From NCBI GenBank assembly GCA_964016885.1, contig OZ024750.1, positions 38,998,001-39,062,000 on the forward strand: DNA of 64,000 bases, written 5' to 3'. The DNA comes from Eledone cirrhosa (Eukaryota). The notes beneath the pieces were generated by a model. It was not told where the DNA came from. It was given only the letters and a program-made list of their open reading frames with translations, and made no database searches. Made by a program: the position numbers and the translations under genes. Below are positions 1 to 13,650 of the stretch, piece after piece (the first letter of the stretch is position 1; the number at the start of each line of letters is the position of its first letter).

Positions 1-2472
1 TTAACTATTACCTGGGTACCTCTATGGTGACAGTGGTTCTTGTTAACTATTACCTGGGTACCTCTACGGTGACAGTGCTTCTTGTTAACTATTACCTGGG
101 TACCTCTATGGTGACAGTGGTTCTTGTTAACTATTACCTGGGTACCTCTACGGTGACAGTGCTTCTTGTTAACTATTACCTGGGTACCTCTATGGTGACA
201 GTGGTTCTTGTTAACTATTACCTGGGTACCTCTACGGTGACAGTGGTTCTTGTTAACTATTACCTGGGTACCTCTACGGTGACAGTGGTTCTTGTTAACT
301 ATTACCTGGGTACCTCTACGTCGACAGTGGTTCTTGTTAACTATTACCTGGGTACCTCTATGGTGACAGTGGTTCTTGTTAACTATTACCTGGGTACCTC
401 TACGGTGACAGTGGTTCTTGTTAACTATTACCTGGGTACCTCTACGGTGACAGTGGTTCTTGTTAACTATTACCTGGGTACCTCTACGGTGACAGTGGTT
501 CTTGTTAACTATTACCTGGGTACCTCTACGGTGACAGTTCTTCTTGTTAACTATTACCTGTGTACCTCTACGGTGACAGTGCTTCTTGTTAACTATTACC
601 TGGGTACCTCTACGGTGACAGTGGTTCTTGTTAACTATTACCTGGGTACCTCTACGATGACAGTGCTTCTTGTTAACTATTACCTGGGTACCTCTACGGA
701 GACAATGGTTCTTGTTAACTATTACCTGGGTACCTCTACGGTGACAGTGGTTCTTGTTAACTATTACCTGGGTACCTCTATGGTGACAGTGGTTCTTGTT
801 AACTATTACCTGGGTACCTCTACGGTGACAGTGGTTCTTGTTAACTATTACCTGGGTACCTCTACGGTGACAGTGCTTCTTGTTAACTATTACCTGGGTA
901 CCTCTACGGTGACAGTGCTTCTTGTTAACTATGACCTGGGTACCTCTACACTGACAGTTCTTCTTGTTAACTATTACCTGGGTACCTCTACGGTGACAGT
1001 GCTTCTTGTTAACTATTACCTGGGTACCTCTACGGTGACAGTTCTTCTTGTTAACTATTACCTGGGTACCTCTACGGTGACAGTGCTTCTTGTTAACTAT
1101 TTCCTGGGTACCTCTACGGTGACAGTTCTTCTTGTTAACTATTACCTGGGTACCTCTACGGTGACAGTGCTTCTTGTTAACTGTTACCTGGGTACCTCTA
1201 CGGTGACAGTGGTTCTTATTAACTATTACCTGGGTACCTCTACGGTGACAGTGGTTCTTGTTAACTATTACCTGGGTACCTCTACGGTGACAGTGGTTCT
1301 TGTTAACTATGACCTGGGTACCTCTACACTGACAGTGGTTCTTGTTAACTATTACCTGGGTACCTCTACGGTGACAGTGGTTCTTGTGAACTATTACCTG
1401 GGTACCTCTACGGTGACAGTGGTTCTTGTGAACTATTACCTGGGTACCTCTACGGTGACAGTGGTTCTTGTTAACTATTACCTGGGTACCTCTACGATGA
1501 CTGCTTCTTGTTAACTATTACCTGGGTACCTCTACGATGACAGTGCTTCTTGTTAACTATTACCTGGGTACCTCTACGGTGACAGTGCTTCTTGTTAACT
1601 ATTACCTGGGTACCTCTACGGTGACAGTGGTTCTTGTTAACTATTACCTGGGTACCTCTACGGTGACAGTGGTTCTTGTTAACTATTACCTGGGTACCTC
1701 TACGGTGACAGTGGTTCTTGTTAACTATTACCTGGGTACCTCTACGGTGACAGTGCTTCTTGTTAACTATTACCTGGGTACCTCTATGGTGACAGTGGTT
1801 CTTGTTAACTATTACCTGGGTACCTCTACGGTGACAGTGGTTCTTGTTGACTATGACCTGGGTATCTCTACACTGACAGTGGTTCTTGTTAACTATTACC
1901 TGGGTACCTCTACGGTGACAGTGCTTCTTGTTAACTATTACCTGGGTACCTCTACGGTGACAGTGCTTCTTGTTAACTATTACCTGGGTACCTCTACGGT
2001 GACAGTGGTTCTTGTGAACTATTACCTGGGTACCTCTACGGTGACAGTGGTTCTTGTGAACTATTACCTGGGTACCTCTACGGTGACAGTGGTTCTTGTT
2101 AACTATTACCTGGGTACCTCTACACTGACAGTGGTTCTTGTTAACTATTACCTGGGTACCTCTACGATGACTGCTTCTTGTTAACTATTACCTGGGTACC
2201 TCTACGGTGACAGTGGTTCTTGTTAACTATCACCTGGGTACCTCTACGGTGACAGTGGTTCTTGTTAACTATTACCTGGGTACCTCTACGGTGACAGTGG
2301 TTCTTGTTAACTATTACCTGGGTACCTCTACGGTGACAGTGCTTCTTGTTAACTATTACCTGGGTACCTCTACGGTGACAGTGGTTCTTGTTAACTATCA
2401 CCTGGGTACCTCTACGGTGACAGTGGTTCTTGTTAACTATTACCTGGGTACCTCTACGATGACTGCTTCTTG

Positions 2473-2488
2473 CTACCTTTAACCCTTG
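2473..2488. other. 16-bp non-monomer insertion CTACCTTTAACCCTTG (copy 1)
   Basis: It interrupts ...GCTTCTTG|TTAAC. The 12-bp core is flanked by a CTTG direct repeat (2469-2472 and 2485-2488). Confidence 0.95.
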
Positions 2489-4830
2489 TTAACTATTACC
2501 GGGGTACCTCTACGGTGACAGTGGTTCTTGTTAACTATTACCTGGGTACCTCTACAGTGACAGGTTCTTGTTAACTATTACCTGGGTACCTCTACGATGA
2601 CTGCTTCTTGTTAACTATTACCTGGGTACCTCTACGGTGACAGTGGTACTTGTTAACTATCACCTGGGTACCTCTACGGTGACAGTGGTTCTTGTTAACT
2701 ATTACCTGGGTACCTCTACGGTGACAGTGGTTCTTGTTAACTATTACCTGGGTACCTTTACGATGACTGCTTCTTGTTAACTATTACCTGGGTACCTCTA
2801 CGATGACAGTGCTTCTTGTTAACTATTACCTGGGTACCTCTACGGTGACAGTGCTTCTTGTTAACTATTACCTGGGTACCTCTACGGTGACAGTGGTTCT
2901 TGTTAACAATTACCTGGGTACCTCTACGGTGACAGTGGTTCTTGTTAACTATTACCTGGGTACCTCTACGGTGACAGTGGTTCTTGTTAACTATTACCTG
3001 GGTACCTCTACGGTGACAGTGCTTCTTGTTAACTATTACCTGGGTACCTCTATGGTGACAGTGGTTCTTGTTAACTATTACCTGGGTACCTCTACGGTGA
3101 CAGTGGTTCTTGTTAACTATTACCTGGGTACCTCTACGGTGACAGTGGTTCTTGTTAACTATTACCTGGGTACCTCTACGGTGACAGTGGTTCTTGTTAA
3201 CTATTACCTGGGTACCTCTACGGTGACAGTGATTCTTGTTAACTATTACCTGGGTACCTCTATGGTGACAGTGGTTCTTGTTAACTATTACGTGGGTACC
3301 TCTACGGTGACAGTGGTTCTTGTTAACTATTACCTGGGTACCTCTACGGTGACAGTGGTTCTTGTTAACTATCACCTGGGTACCTCTACGGTGACAGTGG
3401 TTCTTGTTAACTATTACCTGGGTACCTCTACGGTGACAGTAGTTCTTGTTAACTATTACCTGGGTACCTCTACGATGACAGTGCTTCTTGTTAACTATTA
3501 CCTGGGTACCTCTACGGTGACAGTGGTTCTTGTTAACTATTACCTGGGTACCTCTACGGTGACAGTGCTTCTTGTTAACTATTACCTGGGTACCTCTATG
3601 GTGACAGTGGTTCTTGTTAACTATTACCTGGGTACCTCTACGGTGACAGTGCTTCTTGTTAACTATTACCTGGGTACCTCTATGGTGACAGTGGTTCTTG
3701 TTAACTATTACCTGGGTACCTCTACGGTGACAGTGGTTCTTGTTAACTATTACCTGGGTACCTCTACCGTGACAGTGGTTCTTGTTAACTATTACCTGGG
3801 TACCTCTACGGTGACAGTGGTTCTTGTTAACTATTACCTGGGTACCTCTATGGTGACAGTGGTTCTTGTTAACTATTACCTGGGTACCTCTACGGTGACA
3901 GTGGTTCTTCTTAACTATTACCTGGGTACCTCTACGGTGACAGTGGTTCTTGTTAACTATTACCTGGGTACCTCTACGGTGACAGTGCTTCTTGTTAACT
4001 ATTACCTGGGTACCTCTACGGTGACAGTGGTTCTTGTTAACTATTACCTGGGTACCTCTACGGTGACAGTGGTTCTTGTTAACTATTACCTGGGTACCTC
4101 TACGGTGACAGTGGTTCTTGTTAACTATTACCTAGGTACCTCTACGGTGACAGTGCTTCTTGTTAACTATTACCTGGGTACCTCTATGTTGACAGTGGTT
4201 CTTGTTAACTATTACCTGGGTACCTCTACGGTGACAGTGGTTCTTGTTGACTATGACCTGGGTATCTCTACACTGACAGTGGTTCTTGTTAACTATTACC
4301 TGGGTACCTCTACGGTGACAGTGCTTCTTGTTAACTATTACCTGGGTACCTCTACGGTGACAGTGCTTCTTGTGAACTATTACCTGGGTACCTCTACGGT
4401 GACAGTGGTTCTTGTGAACTATTACCTGGGTACCTCTACGGTGACAGTGGTTCTTGTTAACTATTACCTGGGTACCTCTACACTGACAGTGGTTCTTGTT
4501 AACTATTACCTGGGTACCTCTACGATGACTGCTTCTTGTTAACTATTACCTGGGTACCTCTACGGTGACAGTGGTTCTTGTTAACTATCACCTGGGTACC
4601 TCTACGGTGACAGTGGTTCTTGTTAACTATTACCTGGGTACCTCTACGGTGACAGTGGTTCTTGTTAACTATTACCTGGGTACCTCTACGGTGACAGTGC
4701 TTCTTGTTAACTATTACCTGGGTACCTCTACGGTGACAGTGGTTCTTGTTAACTATCACCTGGGTACCTCTACGGTGACAGTGGTTCTTGTTAACTATTA
4801 CCTGGGTACCTCTACGATGACTGCTTCTTG

Positions 4831-4846
4831 CTACCTTTAACCCTTG
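4831..4846. other. 16-bp non-monomer insertion CTACCTTTAACCCTTG (copy 2)
   Basis: Identical to 2473-2488, with the same flanking variants (TACCGGGG, ACAGTGACAGGTTC, GGTACTTG). Confidence 0.95.
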
Positions 4847-7529
4847 TTAACTATTACCGGGGTACCTCTACGGTGACAGTGGTTCTTGTTAACTATTACC
4901 TGGGTACCTCTACAGTGACAGGTTCTTGTTAACTATTACCTGGGTACCTCTACGATGACTGCTTCTTGTTAACTATTACCTGGGTACCTCTACGGTGACA
5001 GTGGTACTTGTTAACTATCACCTGGGTACCTCTACGGTGACAGTGGTTCTTGTTAACTATTACCTGGGTACCTCTACGGTGACAGTGGTTCTTGTTAACT
5101 ATTACCTGGGTACCTTTACGATGACTGCTTCTTGTTAACTATTACCTGGGTACCTCTACGATGACAGTGCTTCTTGTTAACTATTACCTGGGTACCTCTA
5201 CGGTGACAGTGGTTCTTGTTAACAATTACCTGGGTACCTCTACGGTGACAGTGGTTCTTGTTAACTATTACCTGGGTACCTCTACGGTGACAGTGGTTCT
5301 TGTTAACTATTACCTGGGTACCTCTACGGTGACAGTGCTTCTTGTTAACTATTACCTGGGTACCTCTATGGTGACAGTGGTTCTTGTTAACTATTACCTG
5401 GGTACCTCTACGGTGACAGTGGTTCTTGTTAACTATTACCTGGGTACCTCTACGGTGACAGTGGTTCTTGTTAACTATTACCTGGGTACCTCTACGGTGA
5501 CAGTGGTTCTTGTTAACTATTACCTGGGTACCTCTACGGTGACAGTGCTTCTTGTTAACTATTACCTGGGTACCTCTATGGTGACAGTGGTTCTTGTTAA
5601 CTATTACGTGGGTACCTCTACGGTGACAGTGGTTCTTGTTAACTATTACCTGGGTACCTCTACGGTGACAGTGGTTCTTGTTAACTATCACCTGGGTACC
5701 TCTACGGTGACAGTGGTTCTTGTTAACTATTACCTGGGTACCTCTACGGTGACAGTGGTTCTTGTTAACTATTACCTGGGTACCTCTACGATGACTGCTT
5801 CTTGTTAACTATTACCTGGGTACCTCTACGATGACAGTGCTTCTTGTTAACTATTAGCTGGGTACCTCTACGGTGACAGTGCTTCTTGTTAACTATTACC
5901 TGGGTACCTCTACGGTGACAGTGGTTCTTGTTAACTATTACCTGCGTACCTCTACGGTGACAGTGGTTCTTGTTAACTATTACCTGGGTACCTCTACGGT
6001 GACAGTGGTTCTTGTTAACTATTACCTGGGTACCTCTACGGTGACAGTGCTTCTTGTTAACTATTACCTGGGTACCTCTATGGTGACAGTGGTTCTTGTT
6101 AACTATTACCTGGGTACCTCTACGGTGACAGTGCTTCTTGTTAACTATTACCTGGGTACCTCTATGGTGACAGTGGTTCTTGTTAACTATTACCTGGGTA
6201 CCTCTACGGTGACAGTGCTTCTTGTTAACTATTACCTGGGTACCTCTATGGTGACAGTGGTCCTTGTTAACTATTACCTGGGTACCTCTACGGTGACAGT
6301 GGTTCTTGTTAACTATTACCTGGGTACCTCTACCGTGACAGTGGTTCTTGTTAACTATTAGCTGGGTACCTCTACGGTGACAGTGGTTCTTGTTAACTAT
6401 TACCTGGGTACCTCTATGGTGACAGTGGTTCTTGTTAACTATTACCTGGGTACCTCTACGGTGACAGTGGTTCTTGTTAACTATTACCTGGGTACCTCTA
6501 CGGTGACAGTGGTTCTTGTTAACTATTACCTGGGTACCTCTACGGTGACAGTGGTTCTTGTTAACTATTACCTGGGTACCTCTTCGGTGACAGTGGTTCT
6601 TGTTAACTATTACCTGGGTACCTCTACGGTGACAGTGCTTCTTGTTAACTATTACCTGGGTACCTCTACGATGACTGCTTCTTGTTAACTATTACCTGGG
6701 TACCTCTACGGTGACAGCGCTTCTTGTTAACTATTACCTGGGTATATCTACGGTGACAGTGCTTCTTGTTAACTATTACCTGGGTACCTCTACGGTGACA
6801 GTGCTTCTTGTTAACTATTACCTTGGTACCTCTACGGTGACAGTGGTTCTTGTTAACTATTACCTGGGTATATCTACGGTGACAGTGCTTCTTGTTAACT
6901 ATTACCTGGGTACCTCTACGGTGACAGTGCTTCTTGTTAACTATTACCTGGGTACCTCTACGGTGACAGTGCTTCTTGTTAACTATTACCTGGGTACCTC
7001 TACGGTGACAGTGCTTCTTGTTAACTATTACCTGGGTACCTCTACGATGACTGCTTCTTGTTAACTATTACCTGGGTACCTCTACGGTGACGGTGGTTCT
7101 TGTTAACTATTACCTGGGTACCTCTACAGTGACAGTGGTTTTTGTTAACTATTACCTGGGTACCTCTACGGTGACAGTGGTTCTTGTTAACTATTACCTG
7201 GGTACCTCTACAGTGACAGTGGTTCTTGTTAACTATTACCTGGGTACCTCTACGGTGACAGTGGTTCTTGTTAACTATTACCTGGGTACCTCTACGGTGA
7301 CAGTGGTTCTTGTTAACTATTACCTGGGTACCTCTACGGTGACAGTGGTTCTTGTTAACTATTACCTGGGTACCTCTACGGTGACAGTGCTTCTTGTTAA
7401 CTATTAACTGGGTACCTCTACAGTGACAGTGCTTCTTGTTAACTATTACCTGGGTACCTCTACGGTGACAGTGGTTCTTGTTAACTATTACCTGGGTACC
7501 TCTACGGTGACAGTTCTTCTTGTTAACTA

Positions 7530-10280
7530 TGACCTGGGTACCTCTACGGTGACAGTGGTTCTTGTTAACTATTACCTGGGTACCTCTACGGTGACAGTGC
7601 TTCTTGTTAACTATTAACTGGGTACCTCTACGGTGACAGTGCTTCTTGTTAACTATTACCTGGATACCTCTACGATGACAGTGGTTCTTGTTAACTATTA
7701 CCTGGGTGCCTCTACGGTGACTGCTTCTTGTTAACTATTACCTGGGTACCTCTACGGTGACAGTGCTTCTTGTTAACTATTAACTGGGTACCTCTACGGT
7801 GACAGTGCTTCTTGTTAACTATTACCTGGATACCTCTACGATGACAGTGGTTCTTGTTAACTATTACCTGGCTACCTCTACGGTGACAGTGCTTCTTGTT
7901 AACTATTACCTGGGTACCTCTACGGTGACAGTGCTTCTTGTTAACTATTACCTGGGTACCTCTACGATGACTGCTTCTTGTTAACTATTACCTGGGTACC
8001 TCTACGGTGACAGTGGTTCTTGTTAACTATTACCTGGGTACCTCTACGATGACTGCTTCTTGTTAACTATTACCTGGGTACCTCTACGGTGACAGTGCTT
8101 CTTGTTAACTATTACCTGGGTACCTCTACGGTGACAGTGCTTCTTGTTAACTATTACCTGGGTACCTCTACGGTGACAGTGCTTCTTGTTAACTATTACC
8201 TGGGTACCTCTACGGTGACAGTGGTTCTTGTTAACTATTACCTGGGTACCTCTACGGTGACAGTGCTTCTTGTTAACTATTACCTGGGTACCTCTACGGT
8301 GACAGTGGTTCTTGTTAACTATTACCTGGGTACCTCTACGGTGACAGTGCTTCTTATTAACTATTACCTGGGTACCTCTACGGTGACAGTGGTTCTTGTT
8401 AATTATTACCTGGGTACCTCTACGGTGACAGTGCTTCTTGTTAACTATTACCTGGGTACCTCTACGGTGACAGTGCTTCTTGTTAACTATTACCTGGGTA
8501 CCTCCACAGTGACAGTGCTTCTTGTTAACTATTACCTGGGTACCTCTACGGTGACAGTGCTTCTTGTTAACTATTACCTGGATACCTCTACGGTGACAGT
8601 GGTTCTTGTTAACTATTACCTGGATACCTCTACGGTGACAGTGGTTCTTGTTAACTATTACCTGGTTACCTCTACGATGACTGCTTCTTGTTAACTATTA
8701 CCTGGGTACCTCTACGGTGACAGTGCTTCTTGTTAACTATTAACTGGGTACCTCTACGGTGACAGTGCTTCTTGTTAACTATTACCTGGGTACCTCTACG
8801 GTGACAGTGGTTCTTGTTAACTATTACCTGGGTACCTCTACGGTGACAGTGCTTCTTGTTAACTATTACCTGGGTACCTCTACGGTGACAGTGGTTCTTG
8901 TTAACTATTACCTGGGTACCTCTACGGTGACAGTGCTTCTTGTTAACTATTACCTGGATACCTCTACGGTGACAGTGCTTCTTGTTATCTATTAACTGGG
9001 TACCTCTACGGTGACAGTGCTTCTTGTTAACTATTACCTGGGTACCTCTACGGTGACAGTGCTACTTGTTAACTATTAACTGGGTACCTCTACGGTGACA
9101 GTGCTTCTTGTTAACTATTACCTGGGTACCTCTACGGTGACAGTGCTTCTTGTTAACTATTACCTGGGTACCTCTACGGTAACAGTGCTTCTTGTTAACT
9201 ATTAACTGGGTACATCTACGGTGACAGTGCTTCTTGTTAACTATTAACTGGGTACCTCTACGGTGACAGTGGTTCTTGTTAACTATTACCTGGATACCTC
9301 TACGGTGACAGTGGTTCTTGTTAACTATTACCTGGATACCTCTACGGTGACAGTGGTTCTTGTTAACTATTACCTGGGTACCTCTACGGTGACAGTGGTT
9401 CTTGTTAACTATTACCTGGGTACCTCTACGGTGACAGTGCTTCTTGTTAACTATTAACTGGGTACCTCTACGGTGACAGTGCTTCTTGTTAACTATTACC
9501 TGGATACCTCTACGATGACAGTGGTTCTTGTTAACTATTACCTGGGTACCTCTACGGTGACTGCTTCTTGTTAACTATTACCTGGGTACCTCTACGGTGA
9601 CAGTGCTTCTTGTTAACTATTACCTGGGTACCTCTACGGTGACAGTGCTTCTTGTTAACTATTACCTGGATACCTCTACGATGACAGTGGTTCTTGTTAA
9701 CTATTACCTGGGTACCTCTACGGTGACAGTGCTTCTTGTTAACTATTACCTGGGTACCTCTACGGTGACAGTGCTTCTTGTTAACTATTACCTGGGTACC
9801 TCTACGATGACTGCTTCTTGTTAACTATTACCTGGGTACCTCTACGGTGACAGTGGTTCTTGTTAACTATTACCTGGGTACCTCTACGATGACTGCTTCT
9901 TGTTAACTATTACCTGGGTACCTCTACGGTGACAGTGCTTCTTGTTAACTATTACCTGGGTACCTCTACGGTGACAGTGCTTCTTGTTAACTATTACCTG
10001 GGTACCTCTACGGTGACAGTGCTTCTTGTTAACTATTACCTGGGTACCTCTACGGTGACAGTGGTTCTTGTTAACTATTACCTGGGTACCTCTACGGTGA
10101 CAGTGCTCCTTGTTAACTATTACCTGGGTACCTCTACGGTGACAGTGCTTCTTGTTAACTATTACCTGGGTACCTCTACGGTGACAGTGCTTCTTATTAA
10201 CTATTACCTGGGTACCTCTACGGTGACAGTGGTTCTTGTTAACTATTACCTGGGTACCTCTACGGTGACAGTGCTTCTTG
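7530..10280. repeat. Higher-order duplication, offset 1840 bp (~7.55-8.45 kb vs ~9.4-10.28 kb)
   Basis: GGTGACTGC at ~7716 and ~9556; paired 40-bp units at ~7966/8048 and ~9806/9888; CTTATTAAC at ~8353 and ~10193; ORF starts 8089/9929. Confidence 0.88.
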
Positions 10281-10864
10281 TTAACTATTACCTGGATACC
10301 TCTACGGTGACAGTGCTTCTTGTTAACTATTAACTGGGTACCTCTACGGTGACAGTGCTTCTTGTTAACTATTACCTGGGTACCTCTACGGTGACAGTGC
10401 TTCTTGTTAACTATTACCTGGGTACCTCTACGGTGACAGTGCTTCTTGTTAACTATTAACTGGGTACCTCTACGGTGACAGTGCTTCTTGTTAACTATTA
10501 CCTGGGTACCTCTACGGTGACAGTGCTTCTTGTTAACTATTACCTGGGTACCTCTACGGTGACAGTGGTTCTTGTTAACTATTACCTGGATACCTCTACG
10601 GTGACAGTGGTTCTTGTTAACTATTACCTGGGTACCTCTACGGTGACAGTGGTTCTTGTTAACTATTACCTGGATACCTCTACGGTGACAGTGGTTCTTG
10701 TTAACTATTACCTGGATACCTCTACGGTGACAGTGGTTCTTGTTAACTATTACCTGGGTACCTCTACGGTGACAGTGGTTCTTGTTAACTATTACCTGGA
10801 TATCTCTACGGTGACAGTGGTTCTTGTTAACTATTACCTGGGTACCTCTACGGTGACAGTGGTT

Positions 10865-13650
10865 CTTGTTAACTATTACCTGGATACCTCTACGGTGACA
10901 GTGGTTCTTGTTAACTATTACCTGGATACCTCTACGGTGACAGTGGTTCTTGTTAACTATTACCTGGGTACCTCTACGGTGACAGTGGTTCTTGTTAACT
11001 ATTACCTGGGTACCTCTACGGTGACAGTGCTTCTTGTTAACTATTACCTGGGTACCTCTACGGTGACAGTGCTTCTTGTTAACTATTACCTGGATACCTC
11101 TACGGTGACAGTGGTTCTTGTTAACTATTACCTGGGTACCTCTACGGTGACAGTGGTTCTTGTTAACTATTACCTGGGTATCTCTACGGTGACAGTGCTT
11201 CTTGTTAACTATTACCTGGGTACCTCTACGGTGACAGTGCTTCTTGTTAACTATTACCTGGATACCTCTACGGTGACAGTGGTTCTTGTTAACTATGACC
11301 TGGGTACCTCTACGGTGACAGTGCTTCTAGTTAACTATTACCTGGGTACCTCTACGGTGACAGTGGTTCTTGTTAACTATTAACTGGGTACCTCTACGGT
11401 GACAGTGGTTCTTGTTAACAATTACCTGGGTACCTCTACGGTGACAGTGGTTCTTGTTAACTATTACCTGGATACCTCTACGGTGACAGTGCTTCTTGTT
11501 AACTATTACCTGTGTACCTCTACAGTGACAGTGGTTCTTGTTAACTATTAACTGGGTACCTCTACGGTGACAGTGGTTCTTGTTAACTATTAACTGGGTA
11601 CCTCTACGGTGACAGTGGTTCTTGTTAACTATTAACTGGGTACCTCTACGGTGACAGTGCTTCTTGTTAACTATTAACTGGGTACCTCTACGGTGACAGT
11701 GCTTCTTGTTAACTATTAACTGGGTACCTCTAAGGTGACAGTACTTCTTGTTAACTATTACCTGGGTACCTCTACGGTGACAGTGGTTCTTGTTAACTAT
11801 TACCTGGGTACCTCTACGGTGACAGTGGTTCTTGTTAACTATTACCTGGGTACCTCTACGGTGACAGTGGTTCTTGTTAACTATTAACTGGGTACCTCTA
11901 CGGTGACAGTGGTTCTTGTTAACTATTACCTGGGTACCTCTACGGTGACAGTGGTTCATGTTAACTATTACCTGGATACCTCTACGGTGACAGTGCTTCT
12001 TGTTAACTATTACCTGGGTACCTCTACGTTGACAGTGCTTCTTGTTAACTATTACTTGGGTACCTCTACGGTGACAGTGCTTCTTGTTAACTATTACCTG
12101 GGTACTTCTACGATGACAGTGCTTCTTGTTAACTATTAACTGGGTACCTCTACGGTGACAGTGCTTCTTGTTAACTATTACCTGGGTACCTCTACGGTGA
12201 CAGTGCTTCTTGTTAACTATTACTTGGGTACCTCTACGGTGACAGTGCTTCTTGTTAACTATTACCTGGGTACTTCTACGATGACAGTGCTTCTTGTTAA
12301 CTATTAACTGGGTACCTCTACGGTGACAGTGCTTCTTGTTAACTATTACCTGGATACCTCTACGGTGACAGTGGTTCTTGTTAACTATTACCTGGATACC
12401 TCTACGGTGACAGTGGTTCTTGTTAACTATTACCTGGGTACCTCTACGGTGACAGTGGTTCTTGTTAACTATTACCTGGGTACCTCTACGGTGACAGTGC
12501 TTCTTGTTAACTATTACCTGGGTACCTCTACGGTGACAGTGCTTCTTGTTAACTATTACCTGGATACCTCTACGGTGACAGTGGTTCTTGTTAACTATTA
12601 CCTGGGTACCTCTACGGTGACAGTGGTTCTTGTTAACTATTACCTGGGTATCTCTACGGTGACAGTGCTTCTTGTTAACTATTACCTGGGTACCTCTACG
12701 GTGACAGTGCTTCTTGTTAACTATTACCTGGATACCTCTACGGTGACAGTGGTTCTTGTTAACTATGACCTGGGTACCTCTACGGTGACAGTGCTTCTAG
12801 TTAACTATTACCTGGGTACCTCTACGGTGACAGTGGTTCTTGTTAACTATTAACTGGGTACCTCTACGGTGACAGTGGTTCTTGTTAACAATTACCTGGG
12901 TACCTCTACGGTGACAGTGGTTCTTGTTAACTATTACCTGGATACCTCTACGGTGACAGTGCTTCTTGTTAACTATTACCTGTGTACCTCTACAGTGACA
13001 GTGGTTCTTGTTAACTATTAACTGGGTACCTCTACGGTGACAGTGGTTCTTGTTAACTATTAACTGGGTACCTCTACGGTGACAGTGGTTCTTGTTAACT
13101 ATTAACTGGGTACCTCTACGGTGACAGTGCTTCTTGTTAACTATTAACTGGGTACCTCTACGGTGACAGTGCTTCTTGTTAACTATTAACTGGGTACCTC
13201 TAAGGTGACAGTACTTCTTGTTAACTATTACCTGGGTACCTCTACGGTGACAGTGGTTCTTGTTAACTATTACCTGGGTACCTCTACGGTGACAGTGGTT
13301 CTTGTTAACTATTACCTGGGTACCTCTACGGTGACAGTGGTTCTTGTTAACTATTAACTGGGTACCTCTACGGTGACAGTGGTTCTTGTTAACTATTACC
13401 TGGGTACCTCTACGGTGACAGTGGTTCATGTTAACTATTACCTGGATACCTCTACGGTGACAGTGCTTCTTGTTAACTATTACCTGGGTACCTCTACGTT
13501 GACAGTGCTTCTTGTTAACTATTACTTGGGTACCTCTACGGTGACAGTGCTTCTTGTTAACTATTACCTGGGTACTTCTACGATGACAGTGCTTCTTGTT
13601 AACTATTAACTGGGTACCTCTACGGTGACAGTGCTTCTTGTTAACTATTA
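10865..13650. repeat. Higher-order duplication, offset 1470 bp (exactly 35 monomers)
   Basis: Identical ORF pairs 11327-11959/12797-13429 and 11903/13373. Shared rare markers CTAGTT, AACAAT, TGTGTACC, TAAGGTG..GTACTT, TTCATG, TACTTGGG. Confidence 0.95.

Larger units (their letters stand above)
1780..5800. repeat. Higher-order duplication, ~2.3-2.4 kb period (~1.8-3.45 kb vs ~4.2-5.8 kb)
   Basis: Rare markers recur in the same order: GTTGACTATGAC..GGTATCTCTACACTG (~1846/~4246, offset 2400), the 16-bp insertion (2473/4831, offset 2358), AACAAT (2905/5221) and TACGTGGG (~3291/~5607, offset 2316). The offset changes by whole monomers. Confidence 0.93.

Noticed and set aside
1-84. Monomer as an ancient ~21-bp dimer (AACTATTACCTGGGTACCT vs TACGGTGACAGTGGTTCTT)
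   Set aside because: Only about 10/19 identity after choosing the best offset, which is not distinguishable from chance.
2480-2486. Telomeric repeat tract
   Set aside because: A single 7-bp TAACCCT match is not a tandem telomeric array.
925-2490. Similarity to the 28S rDNA R2/I-PpoI site (TAACTATGACTCTCTTAAGGTAGC): TAACTATGAC in GAC-allele monomers and TTAAAGGTAGC on the minus strand of the insertion
   Set aside because: The matches are only ~10 bp, lie on opposite strands, and the first occurs only in a minority allele. No other rRNA similarity was seen.
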